Shown here: positions 1 through 13,789 of the stretch, in pieces
How positions within the stretch are numbered: position 1 is the first letter of the stretch
Layout: every line of letters begins with the position of its first letter
Assembly: GCF_001194135.2 (NCBI RefSeq)
Contig: NC_068988.1
Coordinates: 50,319,364-50,383,363 of the forward strand
Length of the DNA: 64,000 bases
Reading direction: 5' to 3'
DNA from: Octopus bimaculoides
Taxonomy: Eukaryota
The notes under the pieces: generated by a model
What the model was told of the DNA's origin: nothing
Databases searched by the model: none
The model's input: the letters and a program-made list of their open reading frames with translations, nothing else
Position numbers and translations under genes: made by a program

Positions 1-1289
1 ACACTAGGTACTTCTGCAACCAATGAAATTAAATGCCACTAGTAGGGTTGTTATTATTAATATTAACAATATACTGATGATAATAATATGATAATGATAC
101 TAATGATGTTGATGCTTCTACCAGGCTTTTCTTTGTTGTCGTCTTCTTTTCTTCTCTTCCTGGTCAGAGAAGACAGTCACTGAGTCACTGAGTTTTTGTT
201 GTGTTAGCTTGTTGTTTTTTTTTTTTTATATCTGGTGTTGAAGATGTTTGGGGAAACTGTTTGGTGGTAGTGGTGATGGTACAGTTGTGGAAATAGTGTG
301 AAGAATAATAAAGTTAGGAAGTGTGTAGAGGGATGTAAAGTGTGAGTGGTGTGAGGAGGACAAAAAGAAAGATGGAGGGCATTGTGGTTATAAGAACAGA
401 CAGAGAATGTTGTAGTTGGGAAAGACAAGGAGGAGGCGGTGGTTAGTGTTGAAAAATTAGTCAATGGGGGATGGTTGGAATGATAGGAATAGATCTGGTG
501 AGGTAACCCTGGATGATTCTAGTGGCAGTGGTAATGGTGGTGGTGGCAATATCTTCAGCTGAGTCAGTTGCTCAGGAAAGAAGGGGTTAGGAGGGGAGGT
601 TGGATAGGGAGTTACAGAACGATTGTATAAAAGACGGAGTGAAGCTCCCAACATGCCAAATCCCTTTATTCCTAACCCTTATAATCTTCCATATATTCCA
701 CCCCCAAGCTTCTCAGTTATCTCCACAATATAGTCCCACCACCACCACTGGTTATAACGAAGCAGTGTGGCACCCTGCAGGGAAAACATCTTTTATGGAT
801 GGTTGGTTAGTTGGATGGTTCGGTGGCGGGTTGCACTCTTGCACCCACCCTCTCTCCCCTGCTCCCTCCTTCTTTCAGTACTCCCTCCCCCCTTCCTCAC
901 TCTCGGCTTCACTCCCTCTGCCTCGCTCACTCCCTCTGCCTCGCTCACTCCCTCTGCCTCACTCACTCTCGCTTTCTCTCCCTTTCACTCTTTCCTCTCT
1001 CTTCCTCACTCACACTCTCCTCTCTCACTCGTTTTCTCTCTCCCTCCTTTCTCCTTTCTTCTCTCTCTTCTCACTCACTCACTCTGTCTCCCTCCTCTCC
1101 TATTTCCCTGCCTCACCCACACCTCCCCTTCCCCCACCAACCCACACCCACCTCCACTACTGTTCTCCTCACCATTTAACTATATTACTACTGGTATTAA
1201 ACATCCCCATTGCAACCAACAATACCACCAACACAGCTATCACTGTTAAACATAAAACATGTTCATTGTTTTGGGCTCAAGTCTGTTTG

Positions 1290-1578
1290 CATATTATGTA
1301 CGTATATATGTATGTATATATGCATGCATCAACATATATATACATACATACATTATGTGTGTGTGTGTTTGTCAGTGCATGCATTTGTATCTGCAAAGTG
1401 AGAAGGAAGAAAAGTCAGGTTTAAACAGCATGATGTCAACAACAACAATGATTATGTTTGTAAGGATATAGGATGGTATATATATATGTATGAAACGTGA
1501 ATCTTTTTTCTACTCCCACCACCAAATTTATCATCATCCTTGTTCTTTTAAATAATGAACCTCACTTTCCACACACAG

Positions 1579-1620
<42 letters not shown>

Positions 1621-2100
1621 CTAATTTAGAGACAAACCACCTATATATATATATATATATATATCCACACGAATGCATTTGCATACAAATACACACAATT
1701 TGTACACACACACGTATATATTTGCGAACATGCATGTATATTTGCAAATACATACATGTGTTTATGCAGATACATATATCTGCATTACAAACTCACACAT
1801 GTCCTTATACACATTTATGCACACATACATTCATACACTACAAAATAGCTGATATGTTTAGTTTTTTATGTAGCTAACCCCACCCACTACATCTGCTTGT
1901 AATCCACTCTTTACATGTACACGCCTTCTTTTCTCCTCTGTGTATTGTCTATTAAAACTGCAGCAAATCTGTGTGACAACTTCATGATGCAGTCTGCTAC
2001 TGTCTTGTGTGTGTATATTTGTGTATGTGTTGGTGTATGCATGTATGTGTATATGTGCGTGTATATGCATATATATATATATATGTATAGTATGTGTATT

Positions 2101-2145
<45 letters not shown>

Positions 2146-2271
2146 TCATATATGTCTGTGTGTATGTATATATGTGCATGTGTGTGTATATATATATATA
2201 TATTTATATTCATGTGTGTACATGTATGTATTTGTATGTGCATATGAGTATGATTCCTTGTTATGTGTATG

Positions 2272-2310
<39 letters not shown>
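1290..2310. repeat. Compound (TA)n/(TG)n/(CA)n microsatellite region
   Basis: Direct inspection. Confidence 0.9.
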
Positions 2311-2314
<4 letters not shown>

Positions 2315-2711
2315 GTATGTCGGTGAAAGATTGTATGTGAATTAATATTTAATTTCTGCTTATTAAATGAGATATCGAGTTGTAGGAGAGAGAGAGAGAG
2401 AGAAATGTTTAAAGTTTCTTTCATTCTGAAGAATGTGATAAGCAAAAAATATTTAAGTGTGTGAATGGAAATCTAATAAATTTTATATTATCTATTTCTT
2501 CATCATAAGAGAATTTCAGCTGGCACAAATTCATTAGGAGGAGAATCGACCAACCAAATAGATTTTTGGTTCATATTCCACAACTGGTACTACATTTTAT
2601 CCCAAGACACTTAACTGTGGCAACTTTAGTTCTTCAGAAGTTTTCTTCATTTTCACACCCTCTCTTTCTCTCTCCTCCTCTCCCTCTCTCCATGTCTCTC
2701 CCTCTTTCCCG

Positions 2712-3530
2712 TGTCTCTCTCTGTCTCACTTGCTCTCTGTCTCACACTATCTCTCTCTGTCTCTCACTATCTCTCTCTGTCTCTCACACTATCTCTCTCT
2801 CTCTCACACTATCTCTCTCTGTCTCTCACACTATCTCTCTCTGTCTCTCACACTATCTCTCTTTGTCTCTCACACTATCTCTCTCTGTCTCTCACACTAT
2901 CTCTCTCTGTCTCTCACACTATCTCTCTGTCTCTCACACTATCTCTCTCTGTCTCTCACTCTTTATCTCCCTCTCTGTCTCTCACTCTTTATCTCCCTCT
3001 CTGTCTCTCACTCTTTATTTCTCTGTCTCTCACTCTTTCTTTCTCTGTCTCTCACTCTTTATCTCTCTCTGTCTCTCACTCTTTATCTCTCTCTGTCTCT
3101 CACTCTTTATCTCACTCTTTATCTCTCTCTGTCTCTCACACTTTATCTCACTCTTTATCACTCTCTGTCTCTCACACTCTATCTCTCTGTCTCTCACACT
3201 CTATCTCTCTCTGTCTCTCACTCTATATCTCTCTCTGTCTCTCACTCTATATCTCTCTCTGTCTCTCACTCTATATCTCTCTCTGTCTCTCACTCTATAT
3301 CTCTCTCTGTCTCTCACTCTATATCTCTCTCTGTCTCTCACTCTATATCTCTCTCTCTCTGTCTCTCACTCTATATCTCTCTCTCTCTGTCTCTCACTCT
3401 ATATCTCTCTCTCTCTGTCTCTCACTCTATATCTCTCTCTCTCTGTCTCTCACTCTATATCTCCCTCTCTGTCTCTCACTCTTTCTTTCTCTGTCTCTCA
3501 CTCTCTATCTCTCTCTGTCTCTCACTATCT
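2712..3530. repeat. CT-rich minisatellite with 22-28 bp units (ctctctctgtctctcacactat grading to ctctctctgtctctcactctatat)
   Basis: Units visible directly. This array produces the three long S/L/H ORFs at 2566-3833. Confidence 0.95.
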
Positions 3531-6451
3531 CATACACTCTTCTTCCCTCTCTCTCTCTCTCTCAACATTATCACTTACCTAGAAACCAGAAACCAGATTA
3601 CCATTCCTCAATGTGATCACTTCTCTCTCAACCTGAAAGGCAAAATAAACATACAGACTAACAGACAAAACCTCAGAGAGAATAAGAAAATTCAGTTAAT
3701 CTCTTTTTTTCTTCCATACTCGCATGGGTTGGATGGTTCGACAAAAACTGATGAGCCAGGGGACTGCACCATGCTTCAGTGTCTGCTTTGGCATGGTTTC
3801 TTCAGTTGGATGCTTTTCCTAACATTTACATAAAATTATAAATTATCTACTGATAGTAATTTTAATATTCAGTGTTCCCTGAATAGGTTGAGACACTTGA
3901 CAATTCTCAATTACAATTTCTTCACATAATTTTTTTTTACTTATGAGCTACAATTTAAGAGTCTTGAAGTAGAATTAATAGTATGTTGTTCATGTATAGC
4001 CCTAGGTCAGATTTCATTGAGCAAACCTATGGTTAAATGCTTTACAGCCCTAATCAACCTGTGTTTTTATAACTAAGGTTTCATTTTTCCATTTTCCAGT
4101 GTGTATCTTTTATCTTTCACTTATTTCAGTTATTGAACCACTGCGATACGGGGGCACAGCCCTGAAAGGTTTAGTTGAATGAATTGACTCCAGTACTTAC
4201 TCACAATCACAAAGTAGTGAGTTTGATTCCTGGACTGGGCTGTGTGTTGTGTTCTTGAGCAAGACACTTCATTTCATGTTGCTCCATTTCGCTCATCTGT
4301 AGAAATGAGTTGTGATGTCACTGGTACCAGGCTGTATTGGCCTTTGTTTTTCCCTTTCCCTTGGATAACATCGTTGGCATGGAGTGGGGCAACTGCTGGT
4401 CTTCCATAAACAGCCTTGCTTGGACTTGTGCCTCAGAAAGTAACTTTCTAGGTGCAATCCCATGGTCATTCATGACCGAAAGAAGGTTCGGTGTGCTATT
4501 TTTCTGTTGAACCCTTCTGCGAAGCCACTCAGCTGTGAGGATGTAAATAAATCAATACTGGTTGTCAAGCAGTGGTGAGAACAAACACAGACACACACGT
4601 GTACATACCACATGCACACATACACACACACATAAATATACAACATGCATCTTAGAGTTTCCATCTACCTAATTTATTCACAAGGCATTAGTCAGCCCAA
4701 GGTTATAGTAGAAGACACTTACCCAAATTACCATACAGTGAGACTGAACTCTAAGCCATTTGGTTGCAAAGTCAGCTTCTTGTCATACCTGCACGTGTAC
4801 TTGAAAAAAAACCAAACTGGTAAATGTGATTTGAGGGAGATTTCACTCCTCTTTTTAGCAGATTAAGAAACCATGTGTATTGAAGCTCCATTATTGGTTC
4901 AGGATTAAACAGAGTAAACAAAAAATCTTTGCAGTGTTTAGTTGTGTTTAAGTTCTGAGTTCAAATCCTACCAAGGTCAACATTGCTTTTCGCCAGTTGA
5001 TTAGATTCACCTCAGTACACAACTGGTGCTTAATTTATCGACCCCAAAAGGATGAAAAGTAAAGTCGACCTCAGCAGAATTTGATCTCAGAACATAGTAA
5101 CAGGCAAAATACTGCTAAGCATTTCATCCAACATGCTAATGATTCTGCCAGCTTGCTGCCTTGATGACTGTAAATAATAATGCAAGCAATGTTGTTGGAT
5201 TCCTGTCTTCCATGGTGAAATATTCCTTTGTGTGGAAACCAGTGAAGGTTGACATCAGAAGGGGCATCCGATCTAACTCATTGAGTCAATCTGACCCATT
5301 CAATCATAAGAAGGTGATATAGATGATGATGATGATATTCTGAAACAAAAGTAGGGAGGTCTTTTAGTTGCAGAAACAAATTGCAAGTGCATAAGAACCT
5401 GTAGGTTGACTTCTGAACTGAAAAACAGAAAAATGAATCAAAAACATTATAAATTCATAGGTATGTAAATTATATCAAATAGTTGCTTTTGTCTTAAAAC
5501 TCAAACCACCGACCCATTTTTTTTTTTTCTTTCCATATGGGTTTTTAAAGATTTCATGAGTAGATTGTTTCAAACTGGACTATAAGCACAAAATTCCTCA
5601 CTGGAATTAACTCACTCTTGAGTTAAAAGCTGTTGTTGAGGGAGATTTTACTATTGTATTAAGCCAACCATATGATAACATAGAAGTTCATACACAGTTG
5701 TTCCTAACAACAAAGCACTCAAATTCTTTATAAATAAAATAAAATAAAAAAAGTTTGCTAGACTTTAGTCATAAATTTACATACATACTACTGTCATGTG
5801 ACACAGGGAAATTCTGTGTTTGTATATATATATATGTGTGTATGTGTGTGGAGAGAGAGAGAGAGAGAGATACAAATATAATTAAAAAGTCACTGTAAAT
5901 TTGTTATTTTTCTTTTCAATTCAAAGCTTTTCGAGTTTGACATAGTTTGAAAAATGGTGTGCGTTTGTGTGTGTTAAGTGCTTTTCTACGACCCCAGATT
6001 TTTCTTTCAAACTGAAGCTATTTTGTTTCCATCCCTAATGCTTTCAGATAAGCTCCGTGATAAACTTCACACACCCACTCACATACCAATCTCTGATGGC
6101 ATGCCTCTGTAAAAAACAAAAATATTCTTTGTCTCTTATATAATGGTTTCACATTTTAGCACAGTGCTGGTAGTTTTTGAGGGGAGGGAGAAATTGATCT
6201 CGTCAACCCAAGTATTTGGCCCCCGAAAGGATGATTTTGTCCATCCTTGTTCTGAATTCAAATTCTGCTAGGGTTGATTAAGCATTTCATCCAACGTACT
6301 AACCATTCTGCCAACTCTCTGCCTCTGTTTCTTACATATAAAGTATGAGGACTGTTGTACATTAAAAGTATGTTGTATATTAAAGGTCACTTTGAAAAGA
6401 AACCAGTCAGTCAGCAGTCTGGTTTTTATTCTGATTATAGCCATTTCACCT

Positions 6452-6840
6452 TTGTTGTTGTTGGCACTCCTTCGCTTACGACGTCAAGGGTTCCAGTTGA
6501 TCCGATCAATGGAACAGCCTGCTCGTGAAATTAACGTGCAAGTGGCTGAGCACTCCACAGACACGTGTACCCTTAACGTAGTTCTCAGGGATATTCAGCG
6601 TGACACAGTGTGATAAGGCTGACCCTTTGAATTACAGTCACAACAGAAACAGGAAGTAAGAGTGAGAGAAAGTTGTGGTGAAAGAGTACAGCAGGGTTCG
6701 CCACCATCCCCTGCTGGAGCCTCGTGGAGCTTTAGGTGTTTTTGCTCAATAAACACTCACAACGCCCGGTCTGGGAATCGAAACCGTGATCCTATGACCG
6801 CGAGTCCGCTACCCTAACCACTAGGCCATTGTGCCTCCAC
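6452..6840 (-). mobile_element. Full-length tRNA-derived SINE with (CAA)n tail and 13-bp target-site duplication
   Basis: Minus-strand head GGAGGCACAATGGCCTAGTGG...GGTTTCGATTCCC carries A and B boxes. TSD agccatttcacct (6439-6451) / agtcatttcacct (6841-6853), 1 mismatch. Confidence 0.85.
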
Positions 6841-7659
6841 AGTCATTTCACCTATATATACCAGAACATCAAAGAAGGCAGTTACCGCTCAGTATTTCAT
6901 GCTCACTACCTTGAAGATTTTTAAAACTCATATAGTGAGTTATAGATAAACTACAGACTGTTGTGGGTCAGCTTAGGTACTTTGCATTCTCTTAATTTTA
7001 TCATTTTCCATGACATAATCAAGAGGAGGAAGAGCAATGGTCATGACCCTGGTCTTTTGCAGGGTTTATTAGCCAGGTGGGAGTAAAGGACAGTTATTCT
7101 CAATCTGAAGACCTGGTTAGAATGCTTGTAACCGCAGACTCTTTTATAGGCACAAAAGGATCCAGTAAACTCTAAAGGCACTACTCCCAGTATTCTCTTT
7201 ATCAGCCTCAGAAGTAAAAAAAAAATTTTTTTAAAGGTGGGGCGGGCTAAAGTGAATATATGCAAGATTTAAGCTCAGAACACAAAGAGATGTGACCAAA
7301 TACCTCAATATATATGAAACATAACGTTATTTGTTATTGGAGTGTGTGACAGAGATGGTATTGTACCAGGCTAAATTCCTTGCAGCATTTAATTACATTC
7401 TTTTACATTCTGATTTCAAATTCCTGCTTAAAAAATTGATCATGCCACTCCAGAGACAATAGATTTAGTACTAGTCTTATACTGAGTTGATATCAATCAC
7501 TTATACAGCACTCTTTGCAAGTTTATAACTTTATGTCATTGTTAGGCAATCTGGTGGAGTGACATAGATAGCAGTGCTGGACTGAATTATGTTCAATATT
7601 TATTTATGTTTCTTTATTCTCTTTGTTCAAAACCTAGCAAATCAACTCTGCTTTTTTAT

Positions 7660-8053
7660 TTACTCTTTTACTTGTTTCAGTCATTTGACTGTGGCCATGC
7701 TGGAGCACAGCCTTAAGTCGAGCAAATTGATCCCAGGACTTATTCTTTGTAAGCCTAGTACTTATTCTATCGGTCTATTTTGCCAAACCGCTAAGTTACG
7801 GGGACGTAAACACACCAGCATCAGTTGTCAATCGATGTTGGGGGTACAAACACAGACACACAAACATATACACATATATACATATATACGACGGGCTTCT
7901 TTTAGTTTCCGTCTACCAAATCCACTCACAAGGCTTTGGTCGGCCCGAGGCTATAGTAGAAGACACTTGCCCAAGGTGCCACGCAGTGGGACTGAACCTG
8001 GAACCATGTAGTTCGTAAGCAAGCTACTTACCACACAGCCATTCCTACGCCTA
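7660..8053 (-). mobile_element. SINE family 1 (tRNA-like head, central microsatellite), full copy
   Basis: Reverse complement of the copies at 8572, 21752, 32146 and 54011. Head TGGCTGTGTGG (A-box-like) and GGTTCAGTCCC (B-box-like). Confidence 0.85.
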
Positions 8054-8571
8054 CATTTGCTGAAAATCTGCAACTTTCTACCAACGTTAGAAATTTTGGT
8101 TTCAAATTTTGACACAAGGCCGGCAATTTCGAGAGATGGGTTAAGTTGAGTACATCAACCCGTGTTAAACTGGTGTTTATTTTATTGACCCCACCAAAAG
8201 GTTGAAAGGCAAAGTCAACATCAGTGGAATTTGAACTCGGAACATGAAGATAAATGAAATGATGCTAAGCATTTTGCTCAGCATGCTAACGATTCTACCA
8301 ACTTGCCACCTTCAATGTTAGAAATACTGATTTCAAATTTTGGCACAGGGCCAGCAATTTTGGTGGGGAGTGTGTCAGTTATATCGACCCCAGTGCTTAA
8401 CTGGTACTTATTTTACCAACCTTGAAAGGATGAAAGGCAAGGTCAACCTCAACGGAATTTGAACTCAGGACGTGAAGACAGATGAGATACTGCTAAACAT
8501 TTTACACAGTTTGCTAACGTTTCTGCCAGCTTGCTGCCTTAGCAATGTTAGAAATATTAACAACATTAACA

Positions 8572-8965
8572 TAGGTGCAGGAGTGGCTGTGTGGTAAGTA
8601 GCGTGCTTACCAACCACATGGTTCCGGGTTCAGTCCCATTGCGTGGCATCTTGGGCAAGTGTCTCCTACTATAGCCTCGGGCCGACCAAAGCCTTGTGAG
8701 TGGATTTGGTAGACGGAAACTGAAAGAAGCCCGTCGTATATATGTATATATATGTTTGCGTATCTGTGTTTGCCCTCCCCAACATCGCTTGACAACCGAT
8801 GCTGGTGTGTTTATGTCCCAGTAACTTAGCGGTTTGGCAAAAGAGATCGATAGAATAAGTACTAGGCTTCCAAAGAATAAGTTCTGGGGTCGATTTGTTC
8901 GACTAAAGGTGGTGCTCCAGCATGGCCGCAGTCAAATGACTGAAACAAGTAAAAGAGAGTAAAAG
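8572..8965 (+). mobile_element. SINE family 1, full copy
   Basis: aggagtggctgtgtggtaag...gactgaaacaagtaaaaga; many near-identical copies in the window. Confidence 0.85.
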
Positions 8966-11900
8966 AAATTATTAATTCAGATAAACATAGAAGTTCCCAG
9001 CAAACTGATTCCACAGTTTGGTATTAATTTCCTGTTGTAGCCATCTTATACCCTCTTTCTGCTGACTTTTGGGAAATACAAGAACGTCTTCCCAAATATA
9101 TACAGAGGCATTAACTTCATGCCTCTGTGAGAATCAATCATCTTCATCATTATCTTTAATCCAGTAGTGGATTCTGGGAGAAGTCAAGTGTGACTTGGTT
9201 TCAATTTCACTTATGTTACTAATGCCCCATGTGAGGGTCATGGCCACCGCACTTTTCTTCTGCTTCAAAAAGAAAAGTAAAAAAAAAAGATAACAGAAAT
9301 TCCTGCCGTTAGGTGGACTGTTATACTTGGTGTTAATCCAGCTATAAAATTGACTTGTTAACATCCCAAGATGAAACTGTAAATGTAATCTCAAGTGAGA
9401 TGTAACGCCTACTTAGGACATGAAAGTTATGACTAAAATAACCGAGGCAAGCGTTTCTCTTTCTCTTCTCCATGTACTCACTCGCTTTCTCTCTCTATCT
9501 CTCATTTCTTCTAGATACTCTCGCTCTCTTTATCTTTCTTAGCATCTCTCATTAACCTCTCACCTTTTTCCCAAATTCATTTTTTATGTTCTTTTCCTTC
9601 ACTCTCTCTCTCCACAACCCTCTCTCTCTTTTTACCACCTTTACCCCATCTCTCTCTCACATCTTTACCTCTCCCCTTCACCTCCCTCATCCACCACCTT
9701 TAACTCTTTCTTTACCCCTCTCCCCACCATCTTTGTCTCTCTCCACAAGCCATACCTCTCTTCCATACCTAACTCTCCTTATCATTTCTACCTCTCTGTC
9801 TCTTTCTCTGTGTGTCTGTCTGTCTTTCTCTTTCTCTCTCCTCTACCCTCACCAATACAACTACAGTTAGTCCTCCACCACATTTCCAACATCAACCACT
9901 ATTCGTCCCCCCCACACACACATACACACACACACTATTCAACTACTGTTATCACAGTGAAGAGCTAATTACCTTCACTAACTTAGAAGACTAAGGCGTA
10001 GTTTCACAGATGCATAGAACTGTGTAGCTGTTAGCAGCTTTTATCTTGCTTGTGTTGTTGTGCACCAGTTGGTGCTTCCAGTTTAATGAATAACTTTCAT
10101 CTCAGTTTTACTTCAACATTGTCCTATATATATTTTATTGCAACACTACCACGGTATGTTTTATACTGCTTGATTACTTATTCTATTGACCTTTGACCTA
10201 GATGCATGTAAATGTATTGCTGACCCTCAGGGTAAGAGCTGAAATTTGAGACCCTCCATGCCAAATTCTCCACCTTATCTGGCATTCACAACAGATTTAT
10301 TTGAAGAGGTACGGAGCCAGTTTTTTTTTTTTAAATAAGGGGAAGTTTTGTTGACTGTTGATTTCATTTATATGTTGTTTTATGAATGACAAAAGGTTCG
10401 AATGTAAATTCAAACATTGATAATGTTTGAATTTGAAATTATCAATTCAGACAATAGGCTGGACATCTTAGCATTTATAACTTGTTGAGCAGTGTTTTTA
10501 TCGCAAATTTGTATACCATCTTCATAACTACAGACATATAGTTGCATGTGTGGTTAAAAAGTTTGCTTCACTGCTCTATGACTCTAGGTTCAGTTCCATA
10601 CTACTGTATCTGTCTTCTTCTACAGTGTGAGACCATTTGAAGCCTTCTGAGTGGATTTGGTAGATGGAAACTGAAAGAAGCTCATCACATGCATGCATCC
10701 ACGCATGCACAAACACTTTTTTTCCATTCAAGTGGGGTTTTTGACCTAAGATTTTAGATGCTAGCATTTGTAGCTTTTTCTACTTGCAGTGTTAAAACAA
10801 GTTATTTCATCTCATAAGTTGCAGTGTTAAAACAACTTATTTCATCTCTCAAAATTTCTAAATTTTCATAACTCTGGCTATATATATATATATATATATA
10901 TATATGAAGTATAAAGAAAGGAAAAATTGTAGTTGCAGACGAACTTTAATTCATAATCAAGGTTGGTACAGAACCAATATATACATTCTATATTATAATC
11001 CTCATTACATCATCATTTAACAATCATTTTCCATGATAAAGTGGACTGGATGATTTGACAGGAGCTGGCAAGCCAGAAAACTGTATTAGGGTCCACTATC
11101 ACCTTTAGCATGGTTTTTATGGCTGGGTACCCTTCCTAATGCCAACCACTTTACAAAGTGGACTAAGTGCTTTTTACGTGGCATCAGTACCAGCGTGGCA
11201 CATATATATTGCTTTGAACACACACACACACGGAAGATTAGGAGAAATATTACTTTGCTTAAAAACAAGTGCAGGTTGGCAACAGGAAGGCCATCTGGCT
11301 GTAAAATGTCTCTCTCAATGAATTTCATATAACTCATGTAAACATGGGAAAGAGGACTTCAAAAAGCTAATGATGATGATGCTGTCTCCAGGAAGTATGA
11401 CTAATACTTCTAGCGCTTATTACCTGTTTTACTATTGTTTCAAATATGTAGCATATATTTTTGGATATTCAGCATAGACTGTTTCAAAGCCTAGTATCAT
11501 CTCTCCTCTAACCCCAATGCACTAAGATTGCTAACATCACAACATCTTTCCCACATGCGTAATTTTATTTATTAAATAAAACTAACATGAAATTGAGAGA
11601 ACAATTGTTTTAAAATCTGTTTCATGATTTATAGTTTGTTCACTCTGAAAATTACAGCAAAATATATGACACAGTTAATGTAACCAAAGAAAAGCAAATA
11701 ACAAATAGTAATAATTGGAAGATTTTAGTTATTTTTGTTTAACTAAAATTTGATATGTTGAAATTCTAGCTGTCAAAAGACTAGAAATTTAACTGTTTGT
11801 CAAAATCCCAGAATATGAAAACAAAATAACAACAGAATACAAATAGACCTTTGTAGTGCTGTTTTAAATCTGGGTATTTCTTATTGTGCTTATATTTATT

Positions 11901-13675
11901 TGAACTGTGCTAATTCTATTTTTTGTGGTTAGAATTGAGTAGGATGATGGTTGGCTCTGTAGTGGCAGCCAGTCTTCCAACTGTATGAAGGATACTGTGT
12001 TTCCATTGAGTTCCCCTCCCCACCACCATTGCTGATGCTATCTGTTGGTCATGATTCCTAGCAGAAAATTTGGATATTTACACATGTAATTATATTGGTA
12101 ATTTGGATATTTGTATATGTGATGTATAAATTCTCTATAACGGATGACCTAAACTTACAATGATGGAGTGGGAGTAATGCGGAATTTTTTTTTTTTTTTT
12201 TTTTTTTAGCTAGATATAGAAGAAGTGAAACAGAGTAATAGACCTTACATAGGGTTACTACACTACAATAATTGCAGTAATTGAATTCATGCCTATACAG
12301 TCAGCACTTAAGGCTCACTGCCTCTGTAACTTTTGTCAAAGTATTTTTATTGTTGAATGCTTTTATATTTATTTCGCTAGTCAATATAAAATGAGTACTG
12401 TCTAATGTCATGGGAAAATTTCCTTGTATGCCTTCTGCATGAAGAACATATACTTAAAGTGATGAGCAAAAAAAAAAAAAATTAAATCCATTTACAATTG
12501 CACTTGGATTGAAAAGAAAAATCCTTTGCTAGAATTAATGGCAATTTTTGTCAAAGGCAAGAGAGAAAAACTCTGAAATTCAAATGTAATAAAAATTAAA
12601 TGGAGTAGGGAGGAATTCTAAACTTTTGTTAGTATAGTAGCAACTCTTTTTGTTCTTATCAGATCTCCTCAGCGAAGCATAATCTTAATTGTTTTCGTGC
12701 CTAATTGGTACAAACTCGTTTGTTATTAAGGTTTGATCTTAAAACCACCACACCATCACAGCCAATATTTAATCATTCAGGATATTTCTATATCCAGTAT
12801 ATGCAACTGAGTTAGTATTTGATTAAAATAACCACCTATGTATCATACCTAATGTATACACACTCTCAGTAGATCAGTTACTACAGTATATCAACTGTGT
12901 ATACATTTAGTATGGTACATAGATGGTTATTTTAAATAAAATGAAATTCCTCAATTGTGCATACCAGATTTTTATTCAGTTAGAAGGCTGTTTGCAACAT
13001 CAGTAAATGTTTCACTCACTTTTTCCTGTATCAATGTCAATGAATTCTTATCCAAGCATTCGATTGGCTGTGTGTACATTCCATTGTAAAGGCTCAAAAG
13101 GGCAAAAGTGCATCAGGTGCTCTTAATGGCAAATGCTGGGATGAATTTTCATCTGTCTGATATTTTTTTTGTGTTTTTAACAGAGCAAGTCCATAAGAGC
13201 TGTTACCTCAGGAAAAATACTGCAACAACTTGCCAATCAATATGTATATACATTAAGCACAATACATAGATATATATATTATGTGTTTGTGTATCGTCAG
13301 TAAATCATGAATCCAAAAAAGGACGCTCTAAGTTATAGAGCACTTGGAATATGTTGATGATGCTTAGTTTGTTTGACTGTGTCATTATACTTGTATTAGC
13401 TATGGCAATTAGAGTTGTAAGAAATGGATAAGAAATAAATGTTTTAAAAAGAAGTCCTAGATGAGAAATGCTAAGATTTTAAGTAAAAAATTAAGGCATT
13501 TCTTGTATGAAAAAGTTATTTTCACTATATTTTGCCGAGTATCTCCCTCGGTGACTCCTATCATTAATGCTGTTATAAATGTATGTAATTACATTTCAAT
13601 ATTTTTACTTTAAAAAAAAATGACTTTTATCTTCATCAACATTTACATTTTTCTCCTTTATTCTTGTTTCAACAG

Positions 13676-13789
13676 ATACTTTCTGAGATGCTCATCGGTG
13701 GACGATAACATTAGTTTTGGACTGCCTGAAAATGATTTTCTGGCAGCCTGTGTGTTTTATTGTTTTTGGAGTTATTCTCCAGATTAAAG
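13676..13789 (+). CDS. Cirl: Exon with 5'UTR (13676-13731) and signal peptide (ATG 13732): [19 protein letters not shown](A)
   Basis: Long pyrimidine tract ending ttcaacag at 13675; ATG with A at -3; hydrophobic 19-aa leader; donor AAAG|gtcagt in phase 1, matching the phase-1 start of the lectin exon. Confidence 0.75.

Noticed and set aside
600-2445. Several overlapping ORFs on both strands
   Set aside because: Products of CT, TA and TG microsatellites; no domain motifs or splice support.
2566-3833. Three ORFs of 300-370 aa
   Set aside because: Stop-free translations of the CT minisatellite.
6760-6840. tRNA-like sequence
   Set aside because: It is the head of a SINE with body, tail and TSD, not a tRNA gene.
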